DNA of 64,000 nt from an uncultured Candidatus Rokubacteria bacterium (GCA_963789955.1 CAWBMV010000013.1:44339-108338); one strand, 5' to 3'; shown: positions 43,547-55,217, counted from the stretch's first letter. The notes: generated by a model not told the origin, from the letters alone. Made by a program: numbers and translations.

Positions 43547-44426
43547 CTAGGCCTGAGCGGTCGTGGCCGCGGTGCCCGCGACCGTGGTCCGGCGCATATC
43601 GCGCGGCTGGCTCTCGTCGTAGCGCCGCACGCGATGCATCATCTGGCGGTTGTCCCACATGACCAGATCGCCCACGCGCCACTGGTGGACGTAGACGAAC
43701 CTCGGCTGCGTGGCGTGCTCGTTCAGGTCTCGCAGCAGGATGCGGGCCTCCGGCATCGGCATGCCCAGGATGGCGCCGGCGTGCGACGAGAGATAGAGCG
43801 ACTTGCGGCCGCTCACCGGATGCGTGCGCACGAGCCGCTGGCGGACCGGTCTGAACATCGCCCGCTCGTCCTCCGAAAAGTCGAGCATACCGAGCGATCC
43901 GCGCGAGTACATGAGCGAATGCTCGCAGATGAGGTCCTCGATCTGCGCCTTGGTGGCCGCGTCGAGCGTGTCGTGGGCCGCCCGCATGTCGGCGAACTCG
44001 GTGTTGCCGCCGATCGGATTCACGACGCGGGCCGACAGGAGCGAATACTTCGCCGGGATCGGCCGGAACGAGCTGTCGGAGTGCCAGAGCATGTTGCCGA
44101 GATTGAACAGGCGCGCGCGCGAGTCGCGCGGCAGCGGCTGCCCGTCGCGACCGAGATTCGACACGTCGTTCATGCCGGTCTGCAGGCGCTTGTCCTCGGG
44201 CTTGGTGATGTTGCCGCCGCGGGCGTCTTCGAGCGCGCCGAAGTTGCGGCTGAACGCCATCTGCTGCTCGTCGGTGATCTTCTGGTCGTGGAACACGAGC
44301 ACCGCGTAGCGATCCATCCCCGCCTCGATCCGCCGCCACCTCGTCGGGGGTGAGCGGCCTGCCGATGTCGACGCCGGACACTTCACCCACGAACACGGGA
44401 TGGATCTGGCGGATGGACAGGCTCAT
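43547..44426 (-). CDS. TauD/TfdA-family 2-oxoglutarate dioxygenase, TfdA-like (frameshift near 44335)
   Basis: GNMLWHSDSSF, GGNTEFADMRAA, LVRTHP.SGRKSLY, WDNR..MHR. Confidence 0.9.
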
Positions 44427-44486
44427 GGGCTCAAGTCTATCGTACCCCGGCTCGCTGACACGCCTGGTATGGGCTTCTCGAACTCG

Positions 44487-44675
44487 GCGGGAGTCGCCGA
44501 CTACTGGGTCGTGAACCTCATCGAGGAGGTGCTGGAGGTCTATCGAGAGCCGGTACTCGCCCCGTCTGCCTTCGAGTGGAAGTACGACTCGGTCCGTCTG
44601 CTCCGCCGCAACGCGATCATCACGCCGCTGGGCGCGCCCCGGGCCCGTATCCGCGTCGCCGCACTGCTACCGTGA
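44487..44675 (+). pseudogene. Uma2-family endonuclease C-terminal relic
   Basis: AGVADYWVVNLIEEVLEVYREP...RARIRVAALLP with no N-terminal part. Confidence 0.7.
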
Positions 44676-44682
44676 GGGTTCT

Positions 44683-46244
44683 CTACCGCAGGCCACGCAC
44701 GCTCCAGATCGGCACCGGCCGGGCGAGCCCCTTCAGGGCGATCGGCCCCACGTCGTCGGCCTCGACGAGGCTCTCGACCGCCCCGGCGACCCGGGCCGAG
44801 ATCAGGATCTGCCCGCCGGCGGCCTCGCCGCAGAGGCGCGCCGCGAGGTTCGTGACCGTCCCGATCGCGCCGTAGTCCATGCGGCCCTCGAAGCCGATGG
44901 CGCCGATGGTGGCGTAGCCCTGGGCGATGCCGACGCCGAGCGCCAGATCCCAGCCGCGCTTGCGCCAGCGCGCGGCGAGCCCGCCGACCACGTCGCGCAT
45001 CGCGACGGCCATGCGAATCGCGCGCTCGGCCGGGTTCGGGACCTCGACCGGGTCGTTGAAGAAGATCATCATCCCGTCGCCGGTGAAGCGCTCGAGCGTG
45101 CCCTCGTGCTCCAGGATCAGGCGGCCCATCTCCGCGTGGTACTCGCGCAGCACGCCCATGACCTCCTCGGGCTCGGCCGTCTCGGCGAACGCGGTGAAGC
45201 CGCGAAGGTCGAGGAAGACGACGGTCACCTCGCGGCGATGCGTCTTCAGGGGATCGTCGGCGCCGCCGGCCACGATGAGCTCGGCGAGCTGCGGCGAGAA
45301 GAAGCGCTTGAGCCGGCCCGAGGCGCTCGAGCTGCGCGACCTGCTCGGCGACGCGCCGCTCCAGCGTCTGATTCCACTCGGCCAGCTCTTGCCGATGGCG
45401 CGTCTCCTGATCGTGAAGCCGTTTCTTCTCCAGGCACGCGCCGACTGCGCGCCTGCAGCAGCACGGGATCGAACGGCTTGCCGAGGTAGTCCTCGGCGCC
45501 GAGCTGGATGCAGCGCACCACGCTCTCCAGCTCGTCGAGCGCCGAGATCATGAGCACGGGGATGTCTCGCAGCGCTCGGGTCGGCCTTCAGCCGTTGGAG
45601 CACGGCGTAGCCGTCGAGATCGGGCATCATCACGTCGAGCAGCACCAGGTCGACCGGGCGCGCGGCAGCGTCTCGAGCGCGGCGAGCCCCCCGGCGACGC
45701 TTGAGGACGTCGTAGCCCTGGCGCGCCAGGCGGCGCGCCAGCATGTCGCGGTTCTCCTCGTTGTCGTCCACGACCAGGATGACGGGACGGCTCGGCGGCG
45801 CCGGGCTCGACGATCGGACCCAGGGCCGGCGCTCTGCCGGAGCGCGCTCGCGCTCTGGCGCGACGCCGCCGTGGTGCAGGAGCTCGGCGAGCCGGTCGGC
45901 AGCGGTACGGATGCGCTCCAGATCGGGAAGCAAGGCTGTCGGCGTTCGTGCTCGATGCCTGCCGATGCAAGGCGTCTCCGGCCGAGCGGATGCGCTCGAG
46001 CGGCGCGCTCAGGCTGCCGCGAGCCGCCGCGAGGTCAGGCGGCCCGGCGTGCCCGCGCGCCAGCACCTCGTTCAGCAAGGTCAGCAGCTGCCGCGCGTCG
46101 GTGCGGAGCGTCGGCGAGCCCCGCGCCGAGCTCGGGCTTGCCGCTGTCGGCGAGCTCCTCGATCAGCAGCTCGGTGTAGCCGATGATGTGGTTCAGCGGC
46201 GTGCGCAGCTCGTGGCGAAGCTGCGCGGCCGGATCGATGCTCAC
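44683..46244 (-). CDS. HisKA-like / receiver / class III nucleotidyl cyclase (frameshifted)
   Basis: N-terminal [24 protein letters not shown]...LLDVMMP; cyclase VFLDLRGFT, ERFTGDGMM, YGAIGTVTNLAARL. Confidence 0.88.
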
Positions 46245-46618
46245 GCGCCGGCTGCCCGCCCGAGCAGCGCCTCGATCTTCTCGACCAGCCGCGTGAAGTC
46301 GACGGGCTTGGTGTCGTAGTCGTCGCAGCCGGCGCCGATGGCCTTCTCGCGGTCGCCCGCCATCGCGTGCGCCGTGAGCGCGATCACCGGAATGGCTCGC
46401 GTCTCGGGCGCCGCCTTGATCTGGCGCGTCGCTTCCCAGCCGTCGAGGCCCGGCAGGCTCATGTCCATCAGGATCAGCTCCGGCGTCTCGGAGCGCGCCA
46501 TCGCGACGCCCTGCTCGCCGTCGACGGCGATGGCCACCTCGTAGCCGCGCCGGGCGAGACGGCGGGACAGCATGTCCCGGTTCATCTCGTTGTCTTCGAC
46601 GAGGAGGATCTTGGCCAT
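46241..46618 (-). CDS. Single-domain response regulator (DivK/CheY-like)
   Basis: [31 protein letters not shown]; overlaps both neighbours. Confidence 0.93.
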   Translation of the reverse strand: MAKILLVEDNEMNRDMLSRRLARRGYEVAIAVDGEQGVAMARSETPELILMDMSLPGLDGWEATRQIKAAPETRAIPVIALTAHAMAGDREKAIGAGCDDYDTKPVDFTRLVEKIEALLGRAAGA

Positions 46619-49600
46619 CAGGCTTTCGGTCTGCGACGGGCCACGCTGCTGCCACCAGCTCGCGTACCTCGCCCAGCAGCTCATCGCGGCCAGGCGCGCC
46701 TTTCTGGAGGATCTTCTGGACGTAGCCGTTGAGCCGCTCACGGTCGTCGCGCGAGAGGTCCTTGGCGGTGATGACCACGATCGGAATCGTCCGCCATGCC
46801 TCGTGGCGTCGGAACTCGGCGACGAACTCGAAGCCGTCCATCTCCGGCATCATCAGGTCGAGCAGGATGACGCTCGGCGACACGCCGCGCAGGCGCTCGA
46901 GCGCGACCCGGCCGTTCTCGGCTTCGACGACGGTGTAGCCCTCGGGCTCGAGCATGCGCCGGAGGAGCTGACGGAGCGCGACGTCGTCGTCGACGACCAG
47001 CACCGGGTGATCGCGACGATGCGCCCGGAGCACCGTCAGCAGGCGGTCGCGATCGATCGGCTTGGTCAGGTAGTCGGCGGCGCCGAGCGCGTAGCCCAGG
47101 TTCTTGTCGTCGACGATCGTCAGCATGATGACCGGGATGTCGGCGACGGCGGGATCGGCCTTGAGCGCGGTCAGCACCGCCCAGCCGTCCAGCCCGGGCA
47201 TCATCACGTCGAGCGTGATCGCGTCCGGCCTGAGCTCCCGGGCCAGCCGCAGCCCCTCCTCGCCGCCGGCCGCCACCACGACACGGAATCCTTCCTTCGA
47301 AAGATAGCGCTGCATCAGATCGCGAATCGCGGCCTCGTCGTCGATCACGAGCACCGTGCCGATCGTCGGCGTCGCGTGTGCCGGCAGGGCCGGCGGCGGC
47401 GGCGCCGGCTCCGGCGCTTCGGCCACGACCGCGGGCAGCCGAATCGTGAACGTGCTGCCCCGGCCCGGACTCGCTCTCGACCGTGATGTCGCCGCCCATC
47501 ATCCGGCAGAAGCGCCGACTGATCGCGAGCCCGAGCCCGGTGCCGCCGTACCTCCGCGTCGTCGACGCATCGGCCTGCGAGAACGCCTCGAACAGCCGCG
47601 CGATCTGCTCGGACGTCATGCCGATGCCGGTGTCGCTGACGCTGAAGCGCAGCCAGTCCTGATCCTCGCTGGCCTCGCGGCCGACCGCCAGCGTGACGGT
47701 GCCGTGCTCGGTGAACTTGCACGCGTTGCTCAGCAGGTTGAAGAGCGCCTGGCGCACCTTCGTCAGGTCGGCGCGCATCGTGCCGGTCGTCTCCGGACAG
47801 GCGATCTCCAGGCGGTTCGCGTTCTTCTCGACGAGCGGCTGGATCACCGCGGCGACGTCCCGGACCAGGCGTGGCGACGTCGAACGTCTCGAGATACAGC
47901 TCCATCTTGCCGGCCTCGATCTTGGAGAGATCGAGCATGTCGTTGATGAGCTCCAGCAGATGCTTGCCGGCCGCGTTGATCTTCTTGAGATCGTCCGTGA
48001 ACTGCTCGTCGCCGAGATCGGCGGCGTCCTCCTGGAGCATCTCGCTGTAGCCGATGATCGCGTTGAGCGGCGTGCGCAGCTCGTGGGACATGTTGGCCAG
48101 GAACTCGGACTTGTGCCGGTCGGCCACTTCGAGCTGGCGGCTCTTGTCCTCGATCTCGCGGAACAGGCGCGCGTTCTGGATGGCCACGGCCGATTGAGCC
48201 GCAAACGTCTTGAGAAGGCCGAGGACCTCCGGAGAGAACTCGCCGGGCGCTTTCCGGTTGACGTTGAGTCCGCCGATCAGATGACCCTCGCGAAGGAGCG
48301 GAACGCCCAGGAGCGCCCGTGTTCCCGTCCGCAACAGCACGTCGCGGAGTGGACCGTCGTAGGCGCCCGGCGCGGCGATGTCGGAGATCTGGACCGGCTC
48401 GTGTGTCACGGCCATGCGTCCGGCGATGCCTTCGCCCCGCCGGATCGGCAGCTGCCGGGCCACGGCGACGACCTCCTCGTCGAGATTGTGGGTGGCGCGG
48501 AAGACGAACTCCTCGGCCCGCTCGTCGTATTCGTAGACGGTGCACGCATCGGTGCCGGCCAGCTGATTAGCTCGGGAGACGATGGTGTTCAGCACGGTCT
48601 CGAGATTGAGGGTGGAGCTGAGGGCCTGGCTGACCTCGCCGAGCGCCTGGAGCTCCTGGACCGAACGAGTGAGCTGGTCCGTACGCGCCTGTAGCTCGGT
48701 GAGCAGCCGCGCGTTCTCGATGGCGATTGCCGCCTGGTCCGCGAAGGTCTCCATCAGGGCGATGTGGCTGTTGGCGAAGGGCAGCACTTCGTGCCGATAG
48801 ATGACGATCACTCCGAGCAGGTCGCCGGCCCGAAGCATGGGGATCGCGAGCACGGTCCGGACGTTTTCGAGCTGAACGACTCCGTAGGTATATTCGGGCT
48901 CCGTTTGCGCGTCGAGGATATGGACCGTACGCCGTGCGTGAGCGGCGCGTGCCGCGGCGCTGCCACGTCCGGGAGCCAGCGGATTTCGTTCGATGAAAGT
49001 TTTGCTCTCTTCGGGGACATTGTTCGCCGCCACGATTCTGAGTAGCCGACCGTCGAAGCGGTAGATGATCGCGCGTTCCGCCTCGCAGAGTCGAACCGCG
49101 TTCTCGGCCAGGATCTCGAACACCGGCTGTAGATCGAACGTCGACCGCCCGATCACCTTGAGGAGCTCGCTGGTCGCCGTCTGCTGCTCGAGCGCGACGC
49201 GCAGCTCGCTGTTGCGCGCCTCCAGCTCCGTGAACAGGCGGACGTTCTCGACGGCGATCACCGCCTGGTCGGCGAACGTCCGCAGCAATTCCACGTGCTT
49301 GGCCGAGAACTCGCCGGGCTCTGAGCGGGCAACGGCGATGGCCCCGATGGGCGCCGCTTCGCGAAGCATGGGAACCACCAGGATGCTGCGATAGCCCAGG
49401 GCCCGGGCGAGCGGAACCGACGGCGCCGGAACGTCCCGGTCGGTCTCGAAGTCGCGCACCTGAACGACGGTGCGCTCCAGGATCGCCGCCGAGACCTGAG
49501 TGTCCCGGCTGGGAGTCCTCGGATACACCGCCCGAACAGTTTCCAGGCCCTCTTCCGTCCAGTTGTGGTGGGCGACGAAATGAATCAGGTTTCCGTCGAA

Positions 49601-52600
49601 TCGATACACGCCACCGAGGCGGCCGTCGCACAGCCTCACGACACTCTCGGCAATGGTGTCGAAGACGGGCTGGGTGTCGGTCGGCGACTGGCTGATGACT
49701 TTGAGTATTTCGCTGGTCGCGGTCTGCTGCTCCAGAGCGTCCGTCAGGTCGGCGTTCTTGGTCTGGAGCTCCGTGAGCAGTCGCGCGTTCTCGATCGCGA
49801 TGGCCGCCTGGTCGGCGAAGGTCTCCATCAACGCTATCTGGCTGTCGGTAAATGGGCGCACGTCGTGGCGGTACACCATGATGACCCCGAGCAGTTCCCT
49901 CCCTCGGAGCATGGGGGCGGCCAGCGCGGTGCGGATCGGCTCAACGACATTTCCGCGATAGGTGATCTCCGGATCCGCCTGGACGTCGTGGATGTGGACA
50001 CTCCGCCGCTCGAGGCCGGCACGCCCCATCACGGAGTGGCGTCCTACCGGGAAGGGATTCTGCTCGGCAAACGCTCTGAGCTCGGGTGACACATTGTGGG
50101 CGGCGACCATTCGAAGCACTCGACCATCGAAGCGGTGGGCGAGTGCGCGCTCGGCCTCGCACAGGCGTCGGGCATTCTCGACGAGCGTCTCGAACACCGG
50201 CTGCAGATCGAAGGTCGACCGCCCGATCACTTTGAGGAGTTCGCTAGTCGCCGTCTGCTGCTCGAGCGCGACCCGCAGCTCACTGTTGCGCGCCTCCAGC
50301 TCTTTGAACAGGCGCACGTTCTCGATGGCGATGACGGCCTGATCGGCGAAGGTCTTAACGAGCTCGATCTGCCTCTCCGAGACCGGTCCTACCTGAACTC
50401 GCCCGACACTGATCACCCCGATGGGATTGCCCTCACGCAACATTGGGACCGACAAGACACTCCGAAAGCCCGTCACGCCGCCGAGCTGACGGCTCAAGGC
50501 GGCATCAGTTGAATCTGCCTCGATATCCGGCACGTGCACGACCGCACGATCCAGAATGGCCCGAGCGGACAGATTGGATCGATTGGGCGGCATTGGAAAG
50601 GTCCGAGCGAAGAGCTCCAGGGCTTCCGGCGTGAAGTTGTGGTATGCGGCGAGATGGACCAGCACGCCGTCGAACCTGAACACGCCCGCGTGGACTCCGT
50701 CACACAGCTTCACCACGTTTCGGGCGATCGTATCGAAGACCGGCTGGGTATCCGTCGGCGACTGGCTGATGACCCGCAGAATGTCGCTGGTCGCCGTCTG
50801 CTGCTCCAGAGTCTCGGTGAGGTCGGCGTTCTTGGTCTGGAGCTCGATGAGCAGCCGCGCGTTCTCGATGGCGATCGCCGCCTGGTCCGCGAAGGTCTCC
50901 ATCAAGGCGATCTGGTTGGCGGTAAACGGCACCACCTCGTATCGGACGATGTTGATAGCTCCGAGAAGCTCGCCGGCCCTGAGCATCGGTACGGCGATCA
51001 AAGTCCGGAAGGGACTCACCTCTCGCGAGCCGTAGGTGTACTCGGGATCAGAGCGGACATCGAGGATGTGGACCGTGCGCCGCTCGAGCGCGGCACGACC
51101 TGCGCCACTGCCCCGTCCCGGCTGGATCGGATTCCGCTCCTGGAACGCTCTCAGCTCTGGCGAGATGTTGTGGGAGGCCACGACCCGCAACGCCTGCCCG
51201 TCGAACCGAAAGATCAGCGCGTGCTGAGCCTCACATAACCTGACCGCGTTCTCGGCCAGCGTCTCGAACACCGGTTGCAGATCGAACGTCGACCGCCCGA
51301 TCACCTTGAGTAGCTCGCTGGTCGCTGTCTGCTGCTCGAGTGAGGCTCGCAACTCGCTGTTGCGTGTCTCCAGCTCCTTGAACAGCCGGACGTTCTCGAT
51401 CGCGATGACGGCCTGGTCGGCGAACGTTTGCAACAGCTCCGCCTGTCGGTCCGTGAACGGGTTCACCTCCGTGCGCCGCAACTGGATCACCCCCAGCGCG
51501 GCCCCTTCTCGAATCAGCGGAGCGCTCAACATCGTGCGCAAGCCGAACGCTCTGGCATTCGCCATCGATTCGGGGAACTCGCTCCCCTCGGCCTGGAGGT
51601 CGACGACCTGCATGGCTCGCCTCTCCAGCACCGTTCGCCCTCCGACCGTTCCGCGGCTCAGCGGAAGAGCGAACTCGCCGACCGCGCCGCCGGGGATCGG
51701 GCCGTGGCGCGCGACGAGGACGAGCCGATCACCTTCCAGGCGGAAGATGTCGCAGTCGAACGACTTGCAGAGGCGGGCGGCGCTCTCCGCCACGGCATCG
51801 AGCACAGGCTGGATGTCGGTCGGCGAGCTCGAGATCACGCGGAGGATCTCGCTGGTGGCCGTCTGTCGCTCTAGAGCCTCGGTGAGATCGGCGTTCTTGG
51901 TCTGCAGCTCGGTGAGCAGCCGCGCGTTCTCGATGGCGATCGCCGCCTGGTCGGCGAAGGTCTCCATCAACGCGATCTGGCCGTCGTTGAACGGCCGGAC
52001 CACCTCGCGGTAGATCAGGATCACTCCCAGCAGCTCGTCCGCCTTCAGCATAGGGATCGCGAGCACCGTCCGGACGGCGGTCACTTGCACTACCCCGTAG
52101 GAGTACTCCGGCTCGCCTTGGACATCGTGGATGTGGATGGTGCGTCGCTCGAGCGCGGCGCGCGCCGAGCCACTGTGGCGTCCGGGCGCGATGGGATTTC
52201 GCTCGAGAAATGCCCGGGTCTCGGCAGGGACGTTGTGAGTCGCCACCACCCTGAGCACCTGACCGTCGAACCGGAAGATGTTGGCCCGTTCGGCCTCGCA
52301 CAGCCTGACCGCGTTCTCGGCCAGAGTATCGAACACCGGCTGGAGATCGAAGGTGGACCGCCCGATCACCTTCAGGAGCTCGCTGGTCGCCGTCTGCTGC
52401 TCGAGCGCGACGCGGAGCTCGCCGTTGCGTGCCTCGAGCTCCTTGAACAAGCGAACGTTCTCGATGGCGATCACCGCCTGGTCGGCGAAGGTCTGCAAGA
52501 GCATGATCTGCTTGTCGGTGAACGGCCGAGGCTCGAGCCGACCAACGGAAATCGTTCCGATCGGTTCACCATTGTGCAACATCGGCACCGCGAGTGTGCT

Positions 52601-53581
52601 TCGGTTTTGGATGCCGAGAGCCACCGACTGGTCGTACTCGGCGTCTTCGAGCACGTCCGGCACATGCACTACGGCCCGGTCGAGAATCGCCCGACTGGTG
52701 GTTGTTGCCCGACTCGGGCGAGTCGGGAACAGTTGCTTCACAGCCTGCACCCCCTCCGCGCGGACATGCTCGTGAGCAGCAAGATGCAGCAGCTCACCGT
52801 CGAATCTCGCAACGACGCTGTAGGATGCACCGCACAACCGCACGGCCTCGTGGGCGATGGCATCGAAGACCGGCTGAACATCGGTTGGCGATTGGCTGAT
52901 TACGCTCAGGAGCTCGGCGGTCGCGGTTTGCTGCTCGAGGGCCTCGGTCAGGTCGGCGTTCTTGGCCTCGAGCTCCGTGAACAGCTGCACGTTCTCGATA
53001 GCAATGACCGCCTGGTGGGCGAAGGTCTTGAGCAGCTCGATCTGGCTGTCGGAGAACCCTCCGGCCTCGGCCCGTGCGACCGTGATCGCGCCGATAGGCT
53101 CTCGGCCGCGCAGCATCGGAACCGCGATGAGGCTGCGGTAGGCCACCGCCTGCGCGACTTCGGGAACGCCATAGGCTCGATCTGTCTGCACGTCCTTGAT
53201 GTGCGCGACGGCGCGATGAACGATGGCGCGCCCGGCCGCGGTGTCCTCGCCGGCCGGCCGCGGAAGCGCCTGTTGAAACGCCGCCAGGCCTTCCGGCGAC
53301 AGCCCATCGCAGGCGCCGAAATGGAGGCGATCGTCCGCCAAGCGCAGGACGAAGCAGAACTGCCCGGCGCAGAGACGCCTCGCGCTCCGCGCGATCGAGT
53401 CGAGCGTGGGATGGACGTTGGACGGCGAGCTCGAGATGACTCTGAGAATCTCGCTCGCCGCCGCCTGCTGACCCTGGGTTTCGGTCAGCGCCTGCGCCAA
53501 ACGCGCGCTCTTGGCTCTCTCCTCCTGGAGAGATCGCCGCAGAGCTTCGACCTGGGCGAGAAGGTCGCCGTCGGCGCTCAC
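46618..53581 (-). CDS. Giant hybrid histidine kinase: 10 GAF + HisKA + HATPase + 2 REC (frameshifts near 47875, 47465, 46650)
   Basis: Ten repeats each ending [51 protein letters not shown]; two receivers (LDVMMP, LDLMMP). Confidence 0.93.
48660..53470 (-). repeat. Intragenic tandem GAF repeats with a ~1.07-kb two-domain period
   Basis: 14-mer GACCGCCCGATCAC recurs at 49143, 50217, 51291 and 52356 (spacings 1074, 1074, 1065) inside conserved linker blocks. Confidence 0.9.
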
Positions 53582-53759
53582 GCGACGATCGTTGCCGCGC
53601 GGGGCCGGCGAGGCGCGACCGGCGTCCGCCTTCCGGATAAGCCTCGAGTATGCGCCGGCAAGTCTCCCGGAATCTGCTCGCGGTCCCGCTCAGGCCGAGC
53701 CACCGCGCGATTCTAGCACCAGCACCAATCGTGAGGGAGACACCGACCGGCGTTCACAG

Positions 53760-55217
53760 CCCGAGTTCAAGTGGTCGTCGCAACACTACCGGTGTGAGCC
53801 GATTGTAGAACCTCGTCGAGCGCCTCGGCCGGTGTTCGCCAGCCAAGAGTCTTGCGCGGCCGGGTGTTGAGCGCGAGGGCGACGGCGGCGAGGGCGTCGG
53901 CGCTGTGCACGCTCAGGTCCGTGCCCTTGGGAAAGTACTGGCGGAGCAGTCCGTTGGTGTTCTCGTTCGTGCCGCGCTGCCACGGACTGTGCGGATCGCA
54001 GAAATAGACCGCGACTCCGGTGTCGATGCGCAGGCGCGTGCTGGGTCATCTCGACTCCCTGATCCCAGGTCAGCGACCGGCGCAGCTGCGCCGGCAGCGT
54101 GAGGATCGTGCTCGCAAGGGCGTCGCGGACCGCCTCGGCACCATGCCCGGCGAGCGCCGGTCCATTTTTCACGCGAACACCGGAGCCATGGCCCGCCATG
54201 CGCGGCAGGTGGAGCAGGAGTGTGAATCGCGTGGTCCGCTCCACGAGCGTGCCGATTGCGGAACTGCCCAGCCCCACGATGAGATCCCCCTCCCAATGCC
54301 CCGGCACCGCTCGGTCGGTCGCCTCCGCCGGCCGCTGGCTGATCAGGAGTTCGGGCGTGACGAAGGGCTTACCCCGCCCGCGGGTGCGCGCCCGCGGCAC
54401 GCGCAGCGCCCGGCCGGTGCGCAGACACGCCGTCAGCTCACGGCGCAGCGCGCCGCGTCCCTGCACGTACAGCGCTTGGTAGATGGCCTCGTGGCTAATG
54501 CGCATTGATGCATCGTCGGGGAAGTCGCGCCGGAGGCGCCGGGCAATCTGCTCGGGGCTCCACGCCCGGGCCCACCGCCGATGCTGTCGCCGCCCGTGTC
54601 GACGCCCCGTCCACGGCACGACAGGCCTGGGAACCATTGTGCCGCTTGGCGCGATGACCACGCCCTCCAACCGCTCCTGTACGTATTGCTGCAGGTTGGC
54701 GTTCACCGCCAGCTTCGCCGGCTTCGGCCGGCGCGCGGCGCGATCCGCATGCCACTGCGCCGTCGTTGCGCGGTACTCGAGGCCGCCGGAGCGCGTGGCG
54801 GCGTTGCGGCGCAACTCCCGCGAGATCGTCGACGGCGCCCGGGCCAGCTGGCGGCCGATCGCGCGCACTCCATGCCCCTGGGCGCGCCCGAGCGCGATCT
54901 GCTCTCGGTCGGTGAATGCCAGATACCGCCCCGACAGCGGCGATGCCGACGGCCTGAGGTGCGACGCTGCCATGCCGCCTGCCTCCCGAAACCACCGTGT
55001 CCCAACCGCCGGCGACACCCCGGCGTCGACCGCCGCGTCCTCGCTCGGGCGTCCCGCCGCAATCGCCACCCAGAACCGGCGCTGCTCCTCAGGCCGCCGC
55101 ACCGAGGGGCGCCCTGGCGAGTGTAGTTTGGCTCGTCCTGCCCGCGCCGAACACCGCCTCCGTGTCGTCATCGCAACCCCCTCTGGTGAGGTGTTGCGAC
55201 GACCGCTTGAATTCACC
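53760..55217 (-). mobile_element. IS30-family insertion sequence
   Basis: IRs GAGTTCAAGTGGTCGTCGCAACAC (53763-53786) and GTGTTGCGACGACCGCTTGAATTC (55191-55214), 22/24 match; flanking CAG direct repeat. Confidence 0.9.
53786..55171 (-). CDS. IS30-family transposase (frameshift near 54035)
   Basis: [47 protein letters not shown], then [17 protein letters not shown] in the next frame. Confidence 0.93.
   Translation of the reverse strand: MTTRRRCSARAGRAKLHSPGRPSVRRPEEQRRFWVAIAAGRPSEDAAVDAGVSPAVGTRWFREAGGMAASHLRPSASPLSGRYLAFTDREQIALGRAQGHGVRAIGRQLARAPSTISRELRRNAATRSGGLEYRATTAQWHADRAARRPKPAKLAVNANLQQYVQERLEGVVIAPSGTMVPRPVVPWTGRRHGRRQHRRWARAWSPEQIARRLRRDFPDDASMRISHEAIYQALYVQGRGALRRELTACLRTGRALRVPRARTRGRGKPFVTPELLISQRPAEATDRAVPGHWEGDLIVGLGSSAIGTLVERTTRFTLLLHLPRMAGHGSGVRVKNGPALAGHGAEAVRDALASTILTLPAQLRRSLTWDQGVEMTQHAPAHRHRSRGLFLRSAQSVAARHEREHQRTAPPVLSQGHGPERAQRRRPRRRRPRAQHPAAQDSWLANTGRGARRGSTIGSHR

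Noticed and set aside
48100..53581. GAF repeats as cyanobacteriochrome photoreceptors or as a DGR target
   Set aside because: No bilin-binding DxxL/CH motifs, as the conserved Cys is in the first helix; no reverse transcriptase and no template/variable repeat pair with adenine-only differences.
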